Sequence record: NZ_CP072259.1
Direction: 5' to 3' (one strand)
Origin: a plasmid
Length of the DNA: 7,143 bases
In this document: positions 6,886-7,143 of the stretch, piece by piece
Layout: every line of letters begins with the position of its first letter
Position numbering within the stretch: the first letter of the stretch is position 1
The notes under the pieces: generated by a model
What the model was told of the DNA's origin: nothing
Seen by the model: the letters and a program-made list of their open reading frames with translations, nothing else
The model's database searches: none
Position numbers and translations under genes: made by a program

Positions 6886-6924
6886 TAACCTTGTCCTAAG
6901 GTTATTATCTTGTATTAACCTTGT
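6886..6924. repeat. Direct repeat taaccttgt x2 (30-bp spacing) with overlapping palindrome taaccttgtcctaaggtta
   Basis: taaccttgt occurs at 6886-6894 and 6916-6924. The first copy is part of the imperfect palindrome 6886-6904. It lies in the 277-bp non-coding stretch between the TA promoter and the iterons. Confidence 0.3.
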
Positions 6925-6987
6925 ACAAAAAAAAATACGTTTACAATTTATTGGTTTTCAATATCATACAGACAACAAAAAAGCCGA

Positions 6988-7065
6988 TATACGGAAGAAT
7001 AGTACGTCATATACGGAAGAATAGTACGTCACTTTTTTTTTTATATACGGAAGAATAGTACGTCA
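6988..7065 (+). repeat. Iteron array (3 x 22 bp, tatacggaagaatagtacgtca), putative oriV
   Basis: Perfect copies at 6988-7009, 7010-7031 and 7044-7065. Copies 2 and 3 are separated by a T12 tract. An inverted partial copy (ttccgtatat, 7089-7098) and an A/T-rich stretch follow. This is the typical architecture of Rep_3 iteron-controlled theta origins. Confidence 0.75.
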
Positions 7066-7110
7066 ATAACGAAAAATCAACATTATTTTTCCGTATATTA
7101 TTTTTTATGC

Positions 7111-7118
7111 TATATTTG
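7111..7118 (+). promoter_or_regulatory. Candidate rep promoter -7 box (TAtaTTTG)
   Basis: Matches the Bacteroides TAnnTTTG -7 consensus. It ends 25 nt before the window end. If the molecule is circular, the rep ATG at position 1 is about 26 nt downstream, an appropriate distance. Confidence 0.4.
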
Positions 7119-7143
7119 CAACTGAAAACCAATAATTGAGAGT

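Noticed and set aside
6988-7065. CRISPR array
   Set aside because: Only three identical 22-bp units, two directly abutting and one after a T-tract. There are no unique spacers of CRISPR size. The pattern is classic iterons.

Overview
The window reads as a small mosaic mobilizable plasmid of Bacteroidota type, and it may be the complete circular replicon. Position 1 is the ATG of a Rep_3-family replication initiator. The last ~160 bp of the window hold three 22-bp direct repeats (iterons), an A/T-rich stretch and a Bacteroides-type -7 promoter box (TAnnTTTG) that points across the window end into that rep gene. Module order is as follows. (i) rep plus a translationally coupled 141-aa unknown ORF, at about 40% GC. 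(ii) An AT-rich island of roughly 32% GC at ~1452-4309. It encodes a 772-aa signal-peptide-bearing outer-membrane beta-barrel protein with an N-terminal carboxypeptidase-regulatory-like domain plus beta-barrel, in the TonB-dependent-receptor-like 'OMP_b-brl_3' style. A tightly coupled 72-aa acidic protein follows it. (iii) On the minus strand, at 50-60% GC, a compact mobilization operon: a MobC-family RHH accessory protein, a relaxase, and a 151-aa membrane protein. The start/stop codons overlap, and an inverted-repeat-rich putative oriT lies upstream. (iv) A Phd/YefM-RelE/ParE type II toxin-antitoxin pair on the minus strand, with a palindromic operator overlapping its promoter. No integrase, IS element, CRISPR array, tRNA or rRNA is visible. 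The most unusual part is the compositionally foreign OMP plus small-protein cargo on such a small Rep/Mob/TA backbone. All family assignments rest on reading the translated motifs by eye, with no searches run. GC figures are eyeball counts on short sampled stretches.
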